The notes under the pieces are model-generated. The model did no database searches, was not told the DNA's origin, and saw nothing but the letters and a program-made list of their open reading frames with translations. DNA of 64,000 nt, taken from the IMG/VR virus record IMGVR_UViG_3300029969_000013, positions 1 through 64,000 of that record, one strand, 5' to 3'. Positions 40,137-50,057 of the stretch are shown in pieces. The translations under genes were made by a program, and so were the position numbers. Positions within the stretch are counted from its first letter, which is position 1. Each line of letters starts with the position of its first letter. The stretch comes from a virus. Taxonomy: Duplodnaviria; Caudoviricetes.

Positions 40137-40847
40137 ATGACAATGAATGAAATCGTTGAACAGGTAGCATTTATGTTAGGCCTACCTGCAAACGAAAATG
40201 TAGAAGGTATGCAAATCGAACAAGCTGTTAACATTGCATTCAGAGAGCTGAAGCGATACATGAAAACTCCTGTAGATAAAACAGTACCATATGCTCCTAG
40301 ATTAGATCTAGTGAAATTAGGTATCAACACCAAAAGAGTTTTATACGTACAAGCAGCTCATCCGAAGCTAGGTCTTACCTTAGGTTCTATTGAAAGCGGT
40401 AATGTCTTTCAAGTAGCAGCGTCTGTAAATACATCAAGTACAGGTAATTCCGGTACATCGATAAATATAGACCCTATAATGAATGAATTAGCATTATCGC
40501 AAGTTCGTAATTGTCTTGCAACAGATTTTCAATGGAAACATGATACACTTAACAATGTAGTCTATTGTGCGCACAGAGCTCCTGTACCCGCCGCAGTTAC
40601 AATTCGTTATGTACCTATATACAACGATGTATCTGAAATAGTAGGAGACACCTGGATAGATTACTTAATACGAATGAGTGAAGCCAACATGAAAAAGTCA
40701 TTAGGCAGATCACGTTCTAAATATAAAATCGACGGGTCTAATGTTTCACTTGACGGGGATACACTTTTATCTGAAGCTAATGCGGAGCTGGAAGCTATTC
40801 GCAATGAGCTGAAAGAAAAAGGCAGTAAACTTGTTATTCTTAATTAA
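40137..40847 (+). CDS. Head-tail adaptor/neck protein (T4 gp13-like)
   Basis: LGRSRSKYK..VSLDGDTLLSEANAELE C-terminal motif. Confidence 0.65.
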   Translation: MTMNEIVEQVAFMLGLPANENVEGMQIEQAVNIAFRELKRYMKTPVDKTVPYAPRLDLVKLGINTKRVLYVQAAHPKLGLTLGSIESGNVFQVAASVNTSSTGNSGTSINIDPIMNELALSQVRNCLATDFQWKHDTLNNVVYCAHRAPVPAAVTIRYVPIYNDVSEIVGDTWIDYLIRMSEANMKKSLGRSRSKYKIDGSNVSLDGDTLLSEANAELEAIRNELKEKGSKLVILN

Positions 40848-40883
40848 TAAAAATTCAATGTACAATACAAGGAGGAATTGCAT

Positions 40884-41219
40884 ATGTTCATTCAGAAGAA
40901 AGGCATTAGAAGAAGAGTTATGGCGGAGACTGATGTAGCACCTGATGCTGCAGAGCTGTTATTCCAGGCTGAAGATGTTGCTGAGCTTGTTGCTGAGGTT
41001 ACCGGTGAAGTTGTTGAAGTTGAAGCTGACGACGCAGGTGAGTCTGTTACATTCAATGTCGGCGAAGAGGCATTTACAGTTGAAGCTGAAGGTACAGAAG
41101 AGACTGTTGAATCTTCTACACGTCTTGCTCGTTCTAAGAGACCTGTATCTGCATCTACTAAGCGTGGTACTGTTGGAAGAAATAGCAGAACTGTACGTAA
41201 GGCACCTCGCAGAAGATAA
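40884..41219 (+). CDS. Acidic protein with basic C-terminal tail (RPVSAS), putative internal head protein
   Basis: AAGGAGG SD; E/A/V-rich body. Confidence 0.65.
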   Translation: MFIQKKGIRRRVMAETDVAPDAAELLFQAEDVAELVAEVTGEVVEVEADDAGESVTFNVGEEAFTVEAEGTEETVESSTRLARSKRPVSASTKRGTVGRNSRTVRKAPRRR

Positions 41220-41247
41220 TCGTTATATAATATGTAAATACGACATA

Positions 41248-41283
41248 AGGCTTCTAAGTAATATCGCTTGGGAGCCTTATTTA
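41248..41283 (+). terminator. Rho-independent terminator
   Basis: AAGGCTTCTAAG...CTTGGGAGCCTT followed by a T-rich tail. Confidence 0.6.
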
Positions 41284-41303
41284 CTACATTTGAGGTGATA
41301 ATT

Positions 41304-42311
41304 ATGAATGTTAAACGTACTAAGAGACAACCTGTATTAGCAGGAGAAACATTGAAGAAGCTTACAAGTTTCTTAAAAGGTGTATCTGAGAAGCTGTTTA
41401 ATCTATTTGATACGTTAGGTGATGAAGGCTTGAAGATTATAGATCAGAAAGATACGCAAGACGGTGGTCAATGGTTAAAGTTAGAATATAACGGTAATAA
41501 TGCTGAAATAACAATTACACCTGCAGACGATAAAGGTGTATTCAATATTATCTTGAAATCTCCAATGGGTGGTACAACTAAGTTTGACAAGATAAGCGAA
41601 GCGGATATTGATACTAAAGTTAAGTCAGCGTTGAAAGATATATTCAGTAGCACACAGCTGAGTTTTTCTAATCCTAATAAGCTTAAAGTTACATTACAGA
41701 GTGTAACATCGGCAACAGGTGTAGACATTAATTTAACTGCAATCAAAGCTAATTATGATACATCGGCAGCTATTCAAGATTTGGAAGCTATACTAGGTGA
41801 CGATGATTTTGTATCGCAAGTTACAGCTGAACCTATTTCATTTGAAATCACAGATAATGGTGAATGCTTTGATATTGAAGAAACATGCAGCTTTGACACT
41901 TCGGATACAATTGTACAGCTTATTCAAGCAGCAATGCAGTTATGGGCTAACTTAAAAGTTATCCATTGGGCTGCTAGAGGCTTAAATAGTTTTGAGCTGC
42001 ATTCAAAATCAGATAACTTAGCATTCTGGGTGATGAATGATGTAGACTGCTTTGGAGAGTATCTTGTTGAATTTAAATGCCCTGCAGTTAATCCATTACT
42101 AAATCAATGTAATTTATCGTTGATATCAGACCAGCAAGGATTTAATGCCGAAGAAGGATATTGTATAATGAAGTCAGAAATTTCTAAATATGTAAACATA
42201 TTAGAAACATTATATGTTAACTTTCCGCATGATTTCCAAAGTGTTCTTGATAACATGATAAGAACTTGGAAGAAAGAATCTGAATATTTCCTCACAAGAG
42301 CTACAATGTAG
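41304..42311 (+). CDS. Leader-bearing protein with C-terminal Dps/ferritin-like domain
   Basis: IHWAARGLNSFELH...VDCFGE matches the Dps HWxxxGxxFxxLH..D..E pattern. Confidence 0.65.
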   Translation: MNVKRTKRQPVLAGETLKKLTSFLKGVSEKLFNLFDTLGDEGLKIIDQKDTQDGGQWLKLEYNGNNAEITITPADDKGVFNIILKSPMGGTTKFDKISEADIDTKVKSALKDIFSSTQLSFSNPNKLKVTLQSVTSATGVDINLTAIKANYDTSAAIQDLEAILGDDDFVSQVTAEPISFEITDNGECFDIEETCSFDTSDTIVQLIQAAMQLWANLKVIHWAARGLNSFELHSKSDNLAFWVMNDVDCFGEYLVEFKCPAVNPLLNQCNLSLISDQQGFNAEEGYCIMKSEISKYVNILETLYVNFPHDFQSVLDNMIRTWKKESEYFLTRATM

Positions 42312-42321
42312 GAGTGTCTAT

Positions 42322-42807
42322 ATGCTTAAACGTGTACGCAATATAGTATATGCACACTGTTCTAATTTTGATGAATGGTATAATCATTGTATTCAAATAA
42401 GTTCAAAATCTGAAGTTGATGAATTGTATGAATCTGCATATGTTCAATATATGGATATGATTGGTGAATCACATTATGTGCTCAAATATAATGAAGTCAA
42501 AAATATGGTTTCTATCATAAGTAGCCCAGACTGGGACACTCGTCAAGAGCCTACAGTAGGAGATAGTATATGTGCTTCTTATGATGAGTATGGTGAAGTA
42601 AAGTGCAAGCTAATCAAATCTACAGGACAAATATATCATAATAAATGGATGTTTGTTCAACCATCATATACAGGATTCAACATTACAGCTTCCAAGTTAC
42701 GAACAGTGTTATGGAATCGTATTCTTAACATCAAAGAGCTTAAATGTAAAATATCATATCGCAAGTATTGGAATCAATTATTGAAAGAAAACGGATTGTC
42801 TCTATAA
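42322..42807 (+). CDS. Protein resembling the non-catalytic domain of phosphorothioation-associated methyltransferases
   Basis: KRV..VYAH, SIISSPDWDT..EP, IYHNKWMFV..Y.GF motifs (recalled family pattern, not searched). Confidence 0.45.
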   Translation: MLKRVRNIVYAHCSNFDEWYNHCIQISSKSEVDELYESAYVQYMDMIGESHYVLKYNEVKNMVSIISSPDWDTRQEPTVGDSICASYDEYGEVKCKLIKSTGQIYHNKWMFVQPSYTGFNITASKLRTVLWNRILNIKELKCKISYRKYWNQLLKENGLSL

Positions 42808-42863
42808 TGTAGATTCGTTATATACATTACAGTCTGCTACATACTATGTAGAGGAGGATAGTA

Positions 42864-43262
42864 ATGTCACTAGAAAAAGATTCCAAATTCAGACGACATC
42901 TAGAACATTGTGATAATATATATGTAGAAGTAAGAAATGTGATGAAATCTGCTAGAAGATTATCAGAACATTATAACAATCAACTGCTGCATTCTAATGC
43001 AATATCTCATGTTGTACGAGGTGATGAATTGGAAACACATCCAAGTTTAGCTGATAGTAAGAATGAATATGAAGCACGTCATATAAGAAATCTATTTTGC
43101 ACAATTGATGATAAAGAAGTATGTGATGCTGTGTATGATTCGTTTTATGATAGTAAATCTGCTAATCACCTTATATATGTGTATAACAATGTCGAAGATG
43201 AACCTCGTAAGGCTCGTGTACGTGTTCTGACTCGCATGTTATGGCATACATTGATTAAGTGA
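42864..43262 (+). CDS. Hypothetical protein
   Basis: GGAGGA SD, class B promoter motif upstream. Confidence 0.7.
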   Translation: MSLEKDSKFRRHLEHCDNIYVEVRNVMKSARRLSEHYNNQLLHSNAISHVVRGDELETHPSLADSKNEYEARHIRNLFCTIDDKEVCDAVYDSFYDSKSANHLIYVYNNVEDEPRKARVRVLTRMLWHTLIK

Positions 43263-43276
43263 ATGGAGGATTAATT

Positions 43277-43756
43277 ATGAGTGAAAATAAAAATACTGTA
43301 GAGGATATCTTAACTCCACCAACAGATTCGGATGTAGATGTTAAAAAGGAATCGGCTGATAAGAAAACAACTGATACAAAATCTACTGCAAAGAAAACAG
43401 AATCTGCGAAAAAGACAGAAACTGCAAAGAAATCTGATTCTGAGAAAACTGCATCTAAAGAAGATACAAAAGTTACAGAGAAACAAGTTGAAACTTCAAC
43501 AGGTACAGAGTTAGTAACAGACAAATCAAATAAGTTGACAGCTGGTACAGAATTTACAGCGAATCGCTTAGTACGAATCTACCCTACATCTAATATGTAT
43601 ATGTATACAAATACACGTTCAGGCAAGATGTATATATATGCAGATGGTGTAGTAAACGGCCGTATTCGTCTAACTGATGATATAGAAAAAGTTGGTCAGC
43701 CCTTCGGTTGTATCGGCTGGGCATCTGTAGATGCTGTAATGCTATGTATTGAATAA
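43277..43756 (+). CDS. K/T/S/E-rich protein with C-terminal SH3b-like domain
   Basis: Low-complexity N-half; NGRIRLT..VG..IGW motif. Confidence 0.55.
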   Translation: MSENKNTVEDILTPPTDSDVDVKKESADKKTTDTKSTAKKTESAKKTETAKKSDSEKTASKEDTKVTEKQVETSTGTELVTDKSNKLTAGTEFTANRLVRIYPTSNMYMYTNTRSGKMYIYADGVVNGRIRLTDDIEKVGQPFGCIGWASVDAVMLCIE

Positions 43757-43768
43757 GGAGGTATTCAT

Positions 43769-43897
43769 ATGAGTGATGTAAAGAAGCTTACTACTGATAA
43801 TGGTTTGATCGAATCTATCGAATGTGACCTCACATACGAAGATTTACCCGAAGATATGAAAGCAGAGTTTGCTGATGGTAAAGGAGGCGAAGACTAA
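43769..43897 (+). CDS. 42-aa acidic peptide coupled to the endolysin (absent from ORF track)
   Basis: AAGGAGG SD; MSDVKKLTTDNGLIES...DGKGGED; TAATG overlap with the endolysin start. Confidence 0.65.
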   Translation: MSDVKKLTTDNGLIESIECDLTYEDLPEDMKAEFADGKGGED

Positions 43898-44949
43898 TGG
43901 CTTATACAAACAGTCCGTTAGTTACTAAAACACAAAGATCTTCTAAACATAATGACAGAAGATATCCAATCACTAAAATTACTATACATCATGCTGCCGG
44001 CGTTATGAGTTTCGACACACTTCTGAATTATGTTGCAACTTGTCCTAGAGATATGTCTGCTAACTATGTACTGCGTCAGGGCAAGCTTGGACTTGTTGTC
44101 GATGAAAAATACAGAGCTTGGACATCTTCTAATGCAGAAAATGATCATAGAGCTGTAACCATTGAAGTCGGCAACTCATCTTCAGGTGGACAGTGGCCTA
44201 TTGCAGATGTCGATCTTGAATTGCTTATCAAATGGTGTGCAGACGTATGTAAGAGAAACAATATTCCGAAGTTGTATTATGATGGAACTCCTAATGGATC
44301 TCTTACACTCCATGAGATGTTCGCTGCAACTGGCTGCCCTGGACCTTATATCAAGTCGAAAATCAATTATATTTGCACAGAAGTAAACAAGCTTATTAAT
44401 TCTACCAGCACTGGTAATACAACGTCATCTGCGCCAAATGCGACTGGTAATTCAACCTATAAAGTTGTGACAAACGTGTACGGTTATATGACAGCAGCTG
44501 ATGCTGTAGCTGACAAAAACCGCAGGCGTACAGTTACTCCTGGTACTTATTATATATATAATGAGACATCTACAGCGGTGAATGTGACATTGAATAAAGC
44601 TGTTCCAGGTGCTTGGATTTGTAAAGCTAAAAACATCACAGCGTCTACATCTACTCCATCTACTAAGAAGTCTGTGGAAGCTATTGCCAAAGAAGTTATT
44701 GCTGGTAAATGGGGCAACGGTTCAGATAGAGTAAATAAACTTACAGCAGCTGGTTACAATGCTACAGAAGTACAGTCTAAAGTAAATGAATTGTTATCCG
44801 GCAAGAAATCTACAAAGAAGTCTGTTACAGAAGTTGCTAAAGAAGTAATTCTAGGTCAATGGGGCAACGGTTCAGAACGTAAGAAGAAGCTTGAAGCTGC
44901 TGGGTACAATTATGCTGAAGTACAAGCTGCTGTAAATAAATTACTGTAA
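43897..44949 (+). CDS. Endolysin: Amidase_2 + two Cpl-7 (CW_7) cell-wall-binding repeats
   Basis: ITIHHAAG..AWTS..HEMFAATGCPG; two copies of KSV..IAKEVI.GKWGNG..R..KL.AAGYN..EVQ..VN.LL. Confidence 0.92.
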   Translation: MAYTNSPLVTKTQRSSKHNDRRYPITKITIHHAAGVMSFDTLLNYVATCPRDMSANYVLRQGKLGLVVDEKYRAWTSSNAENDHRAVTIEVGNSSSGGQWPIADVDLELLIKWCADVCKRNNIPKLYYDGTPNGSLTLHEMFAATGCPGPYIKSKINYICTEVNKLINSTSTGNTTSSAPNATGNSTYKVVTNVYGYMTAADAVADKNRRRTVTPGTYYIYNETSTAVNVTLNKAVPGAWICKAKNITASTSTPSTKKSVEAIAKEVIAGKWGNGSDRVNKLTAAGYNATEVQSKVNELLSGKKSTKKSVTEVAKEVILGQWGNGSERKKKLEAAGYNYAEVQAAVNKLL

Positions 44950-44962
44950 TCTAGGTGGTAAT

Positions 44963-45469
44963 ATGAATCTTAGAATAGCAGGAACTGTCAACGATTCAAT
45001 CGTTGATGGTCCTGGTATACGTTTTACTATCTTCACTCAAGGATGTCCTCATCGCTGTAAAGGGTGTCACAATCCACAAACTCATGATCTATATGGTGGT
45101 AAGATAGTTACTATAGACAGCTTGATATTACAGATACAATCTAACCCATTATTAGACGGAGTAACATTCAGTGGAGGAGAACCTTTTCTACAAGCTGAAT
45201 CATTAGCTGAATTAGGTAAATATATTCATGCTCATACATCTCTCAACATAGTGACATATACAGGCTATACATTTGAAGAACTGCTTTCAGCATCAAATGT
45301 TGATAAAGCTTGTATGAGGTTACTTGAAGAAAGTGATATCTTGATTGATGGGTTATTTATAGAGTCTGAGAAAAGTTATGAACTCCGATTCAAAGGTAGC
45401 TCTAATCAAAGATGTATAAATGTTAAAGATAGCCTATTGCAGAACAAAATAGTATTAGCTAACATATAA
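44963..45469 (+). CDS. nrdG: Anaerobic ribonucleotide reductase activating protein (radical SAM)
   Basis: DSIVDGPGIR, GCPHRCKGCHNPQT, GVTFSGGEP, FKGSSNQR. Confidence 0.92.
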   Translation: MNLRIAGTVNDSIVDGPGIRFTIFTQGCPHRCKGCHNPQTHDLYGGKIVTIDSLILQIQSNPLLDGVTFSGGEPFLQAESLAELGKYIHAHTSLNIVTYTGYTFEELLSASNVDKACMRLLEESDILIDGLFIESEKSYELRFKGSSNQRCINVKDSLLQNKIVLANI

Positions 45470-45470
45470 G

Positions 45471-45509
45471 ATAGGAGTGCAGGTCACATAGATCTGCACT
45501 TCTTATTTT
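45471..45509 (+). terminator. Rho-independent terminator
   Basis: GGAGTGCAG...CTGCACTTC hairpin followed by T-run. Confidence 0.65.
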
Positions 45510-45585
45510 ATGAATCGTTATGTATTGTATAGTAAATAAAAATATAATTTACTATATGAACAAAACGTAAAAATACTAAGGAGTT

Positions 45586-46266
45586 ATGACAATGGACAAA
45601 TTTACAAGAAGACGTGCAATTGCAACTTGTGCGTTATTAGCAGTTGTAGGTGTAAGCGGTTTTGGTATTGTTAAAAACAAATGCGAATCTCAGTGTAGTG
45701 CAATTCCTACTACATATGAATATACAGATGAAGTAACAACAATGCCTTATATGGTTACAAATACATCTACAAAAATTGAAACAACAACTGAAGCTGCTAC
45801 AACATCTGTTACTACTACAACTACAACGACAGAAGCAGCACATCTATATACAACAGTATGCGAAACTTGTGGAAGTAATATTACTGGTGTATATCTTACA
45901 GATACAGAAGTACAGATCTTAGGTACACTTGTATATCTTGAAGGTGGGGTAGAATCTTATGACTGCCAGAAAGCGATTGCAAGTACTGTTATAAATAGAA
46001 TGATTACCTCTGGAGATACACTTATTGAAACTATCTATGCAGATAATCAATATTCAGTAGCATGTATGCTCGATGATTCATCACCTTCAGATGAATCGTT
46101 AAATGCGGTGATGGAAGTATTAAACAACGGAACTACAGTACCGGAATACGTTACATTCTTCAGATCTGGTTACTATCATGATTGGGGAGATCAAGTACCA
46201 TATTGCAGGATTGACGATACATATTTTACATATAGTCAATCGTTGTTAGACGCTTATGAAAATTAA
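45586..46266 (+). CDS. SleB/CwlJ-family cell wall hydrolase (Hydrolase_2) with N-terminal membrane anchor and Thr-rich linker
   Basis: LVYLEGG..KAIASTVINR..IYADNQYS..YFR-like FFRSG. Confidence 0.75.
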   Translation: MTMDKFTRRRAIATCALLAVVGVSGFGIVKNKCESQCSAIPTTYEYTDEVTTMPYMVTNTSTKIETTTEAATTSVTTTTTTTEAAHLYTTVCETCGSNITGVYLTDTEVQILGTLVYLEGGVESYDCQKAIASTVINRMITSGDTLIETIYADNQYSVACMLDDSSPSDESLNAVMEVLNNGTTVPEYVTFFRSGYYHDWGDQVPYCRIDDTYFTYSQSLLDAYEN

Positions 46267-46285
46267 ACTATAAAGGAGTAATAAC

Positions 46286-46645
46286 ATGAAATTTGAAGTA
46301 ATCAATAGTGACGGACAAGTTGTTATGCAGACTACATCAAATGAATGTGTACCTACTCTTGATGAATTAGAATCAATGTCTTCCGCAGGCTATCGTTACA
46401 AGGTAGATGGTAAGATAATTGGTAAAACACGTGTTATGAAAGCAGTAGGCGGAAGCAAGCTTACTGCTTCTTCTATTAACACAGCATCAAAGAAGTCAGG
46501 TAAACAGGTTAGATGTATAGAAACTGGTGACATATATTCAAGTAAAGTAGAAGCTGGTAAGGCTTTTGGAATTTCAGATTCTTCTGTATATGATTCAATT
46601 AGACTCAATAAGAAAGTTAAAGGTTACAGCTTTGAATTAGTATAA
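46286..46645 (+). CDS. NUMOD1-type HTH DNA-binding domain protein
   Basis: KQVRCIETGDIYSSKVEAGKAFGIS..GYSF. Confidence 0.7.
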   Translation: MKFEVINSDGQVVMQTTSNECVPTLDELESMSSAGYRYKVDGKIIGKTRVMKAVGGSKLTASSINTASKKSGKQVRCIETGDIYSSKVEAGKAFGISDSSVYDSIRLNKKVKGYSFELV

Positions 46646-46714
46646 TCGTTATTGTACATGTAAATATGTTATGAACATGTATTTGACTATTTTATTAATT
46701 CATAGGAGGTAAAC

Positions 46715-48535
46715 ATGATACATGTAATTCAAAACAATGATGTATATGAACTTACATTTAAATATGATGAGCTGCTTATATCATATGTAAAAAATGTACC
46801 AGGTCGTACTTGGTTACCAGATAAAAAGAAATGGACTATTCCAAAGGAGCATCTAGGATGGTTCCTCAATGAGATAAAGGGCACAGTATATGAAAATTGT
46901 GTTAATATCATATCAGATGAACACTTGAATGAAAATGCTACGCTTGATTCAACATCTGAATCCCAAATTCCTAATATAGATATTTCTGATATAGATCAAT
47001 ATGTTATGGAAGGAGGTTCATTATATAAACATCAGATTGATTTCTTGAAATATGCTAAATCTAGAAATTCAGCAGGGTTCATACTTGCAGATGAAATGGG
47101 ATTAGGTAAAACTTTGGAAGTAATAAACTATGCACTTTATCAAAAGAAAGTACATGGATACAAACATTGTTTAATCATATGCTGTGTGAATTCTGCAAAA
47201 TATAGTTGGAAAGAAGATATAGAGAAGCACACTAAAGGTGCAGAGTCGGCATATATTTTAGGAACACGAAAGAAACGTAATGGTGGTATTAGATATGGTA
47301 CATCTGGAGCTGATAAAACTCAAGATTTGATATCTGGGCATATGTATAGTGATCCAAGTGAACCTGAACTTCCATTCTTTCTTATTACTAACATTGAATC
47401 ATTGAGGACAAGATCTGGTAAACAATATACACTAGTTGCTGAAATTGTCAAGATGACCTGGAAGAAAGAAATGCCATTGATAGCTTTAGACGAAATACAC
47501 AAGAATATGTCACCTAAATCTACTCAAGGTAAGATGGTTCTTAAAATCAAACAAATGACTGGAAGTGCTATAGAGTGGATTCCAATGACAGGTACTCCAA
47601 TTGTAAATAAGCCTACTGATGTATTTACACCATTGAAATTGATAGGTGTGCATAGTGTCAAAAGTTACTGGGAATGGTGTAAATTGTTTGTTATATATGG
47701 AGGATATGGTGACCATGAAATAATGGGATATAAAAATATACCTCAGCTGAAACAGATGTTACAAAATAATATGCTTCGTAGATTGAAGAAAGATGTACTA
47801 GATTTACCAGATAAAATACATCATAATATATATGTGGAAAACACACCTACACAAGCACAGTTGTATGCATCATTACAAACTGAAATATATGAAAATAAAG
47901 AATCTATATTAGGATCTATGAATCCATTAGCATCATTCCTTCGTTTACGACAGGTCAATGGAAGTCCAGAACTTGTTGATAAATCTATTGTAGTAGATGA
48001 TAAGTATTTATCAAAGAATGCTAAGCTGGCTGAACTTATGAGGTTGCTTGAAGATATAATTGAACGAGATGAAAAAGTAGTAATATTTTCAAACTGGGTA
48101 GAACCGCTCAAAACCTTATATAGATTTGTAGCAGCAAAATATAAAACTACATGTTTTACTGGTACAATGTCTGAAGAAGATCGACAGAAGCATAAACGTG
48201 TATTCTTGAATAATCCTGACTATAAGATTATGCTTGGCACTATTGGCGCACTTGGTGTTAATCATACTCTTACTGTTGCAACAAATGTTATTTTCTATGA
48301 TGAACCTTGGACACCTGGTGATAAGATTCAAGCTGAAGATCGTTGTCATCGTATTGGTTCTAAATATCCGCTTAATATTTACACATTGTTGACAGTTAAT
48401 ACTGTTGATGATACTGTCCACAAAATAATAGGTGATAAAGCGGATATCTCAGGATACATTGTAGATGGTAAGCTGGATTTGAGAAATAATCCAGAATTGT
48501 TTGAAAAGCTTCTAGGAGATGTACATCGAATTTAA
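46715..48535 (+). CDS. SNF2-family helicase/translocase
   Basis: LADEMGLGKT, LDEIH, MTGTPIVN, MLRRLK, QAEDRCHRIG. Confidence 0.93.
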   Translation: MIHVIQNNDVYELTFKYDELLISYVKNVPGRTWLPDKKKWTIPKEHLGWFLNEIKGTVYENCVNIISDEHLNENATLDSTSESQIPNIDISDIDQYVMEGGSLYKHQIDFLKYAKSRNSAGFILADEMGLGKTLEVINYALYQKKVHGYKHCLIICCVNSAKYSWKEDIEKHTKGAESAYILGTRKKRNGGIRYGTSGADKTQDLISGHMYSDPSEPELPFFLITNIESLRTRSGKQYTLVAEIVKMTWKKEMPLIALDEIHKNMSPKSTQGKMVLKIKQMTGSAIEWIPMTGTPIVNKPTDVFTPLKLIGVHSVKSYWEWCKLFVIYGGYGDHEIMGYKNIPQLKQMLQNNMLRRLKKDVLDLPDKIHHNIYVENTPTQAQLYASLQTEIYENKESILGSMNPLASFLRLRQVNGSPELVDKSIVVDDKYLSKNAKLAELMRLLEDIIERDEKVVIFSNWVEPLKTLYRFVAAKYKTTCFTGTMSEEDRQKHKRVFLNNPDYKIMLGTIGALGVNHTLTVATNVIFYDEPWTPGDKIQAEDRCHRIGSKYPLNIYTLLTVNTVDDTVHKIIGDKADISGYIVDGKLDLRNNPELFEKLLGDVHRI

Positions 48536-48549
48536 ACGGAGGTGTATAA

Positions 48550-48780
48550 ATGAAACGCAGAGTAATATCAGCTCAAGCTATAACAGCTGCTGAAAATGAT
48601 TCAGCATTTGATGATATCATTGGTAATATCAAAGCTGATTTTGAATATATTATAGACGGACTTGAAACTCTTAATCGTAGAGGTGCAGATTCTGTAAAGC
48701 AAGCGATGTCTATTGCTACTAGCATAAGTGCTGACCTTGAACAGCACATTGCTGCAGTAGCTGATTCTATTACAAAGTAA
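48550..48780 (+). CDS. Leader-bearing small protein (MKRRVISAQAITAAE)
   Basis: GGAGGTG SD; basic leader and acidic helical body. Confidence 0.7.
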   Translation: MKRRVISAQAITAAENDSAFDDIIGNIKADFEYIIDGLETLNRRGADSVKQAMSIATSISADLEQHIAAVADSITK

Positions 48781-48795
48781 TTGAGGTGTATTTAT

Positions 48796-49779
48796 ATGAA
48801 AAAGTTTAAGAAGTATCCATCAAGTATTAAAGCATCGACAGGAGGTCGTAATAGGAAGAAATATGTTCAAGCTGCAGAAAGCGATTACATCAAAATCGGT
48901 AACATGATGATTCCAAAGAATGCTGCGTCTTATGGATATGATAGCTACGAAAATATTGCACGAGATGCAAAGCAGCGTTTGGACATTGAAAGAGAAACTA
49001 AACGTAAGGCAGACGAAGCTGCTGCAAAGGCTGCAAAAGCTAATGATATAAAAGCCAAAGGTGCAGCGTTGTATCAAGAATGTAAAGAAGCTATATCTGA
49101 TGCATCTTCTGATAAAGATAAGGTAAATGCTTTGTTCGATATCTTAGTACCAGATTCTGGAAAATCTGATACGCTTGCAGGTGAGATCATAAGAGCTGTT
49201 ACTCGAATCGGTTATAGATGGTACAATGACGGAGATTATTTCTATACAGGATATGGTCTTGAAACATGCGGCTCAGATGCTGCATTCCTTGCAGATATTA
49301 TCGGTGGTGATACGTTCGATTTAATTGTAGATGCTACAGATAATATGGGAGATGAACAAAGATATGATATGTTCATAGAAGATCTTACACACGATGTATT
49401 AGATTATGTTATGGACAATCCCGATATATTTGGAGTTGAATCTACGTATGACTCTCGTAACTATACAAGTAATACTTTAGACGAAATAAAAGAAAATTCT
49501 AAAAATATGGAATTTGAGCCTGATGTATATGGTTTTGCAGAGTTTGTAGATAGCGGTATTATATCCTGGAGCGATGTTGAATATTGGTTACAAGAACTAA
49601 CTAGTTACTATGGTGGTACTGTTAATGCGTGGGCAAGAGATGGATTCACTATAGTTGATATAGATATGGATCAATATGACGAATGGGAAAATATGTACGA
49701 AAAAGAGTTGGATTCTTACATGTCTGAGCTTGAATCTGAGCTTGAAAACGACGAAAATTACGATGAAGATGAGGAGTAA
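48796..49779 (+). CDS. Leader-bearing acidic protein (SIKAS, VQAA)
   Basis: GAGGTG SD; very D/E-rich body. Confidence 0.75.
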   Translation: MKKFKKYPSSIKASTGGRNRKKYVQAAESDYIKIGNMMIPKNAASYGYDSYENIARDAKQRLDIERETKRKADEAAAKAAKANDIKAKGAALYQECKEAISDASSDKDKVNALFDILVPDSGKSDTLAGEIIRAVTRIGYRWYNDGDYFYTGYGLETCGSDAAFLADIIGGDTFDLIVDATDNMGDEQRYDMFIEDLTHDVLDYVMDNPDIFGVESTYDSRNYTSNTLDEIKENSKNMEFEPDVYGFAEFVDSGIISWSDVEYWLQELTSYYGGTVNAWARDGFTIVDIDMDQYDEWENMYEKELDSYMSELESELENDENYDEDEE

Positions 49780-49785
49780 TGTTAT

Positions 49786-50049
49786 ATGAAGAGAATTTAT
49801 TCAGCTCTTAATAAATATACAGAATACAGCATTTCTGATGTAGAAAGGGAGCTTCTCAATCGTATTGGATCTAGAGTCGGGGCTGAGTCTGCTATTATCG
49901 TGAATCTCGGTACAGGTGAAGCGGGTGTAATCTCTGAAACTGCTGATGGTGATATTGTACTTGATAACTTAGATACTGGAAAGCGTACATGGGATGCACA
50001 AAATGTAATTGAAGAGGTGCTAACATCATGGGACAAATCTATTAAGTGA
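49786..50049 (+). CDS. Leader-bearing small protein (MKRIYSA)
   Basis: GAGGAG SD. Confidence 0.7.
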   Translation: MKRIYSALNKYTEYSISDVERELLNRIGSRVGAESAIIVNLGTGEAGVISETADGDIVLDNLDTGKRTWDAQNVIEEVLTSWDKSIK

Positions 50050-50057
50050 GGTGCTGT

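Noticed and set aside
46286-46645. Homing endonuclease
   Set aside because: Only the NUMOD1 DNA-binding module is present; no HNH or GIY-YIG catalytic motif
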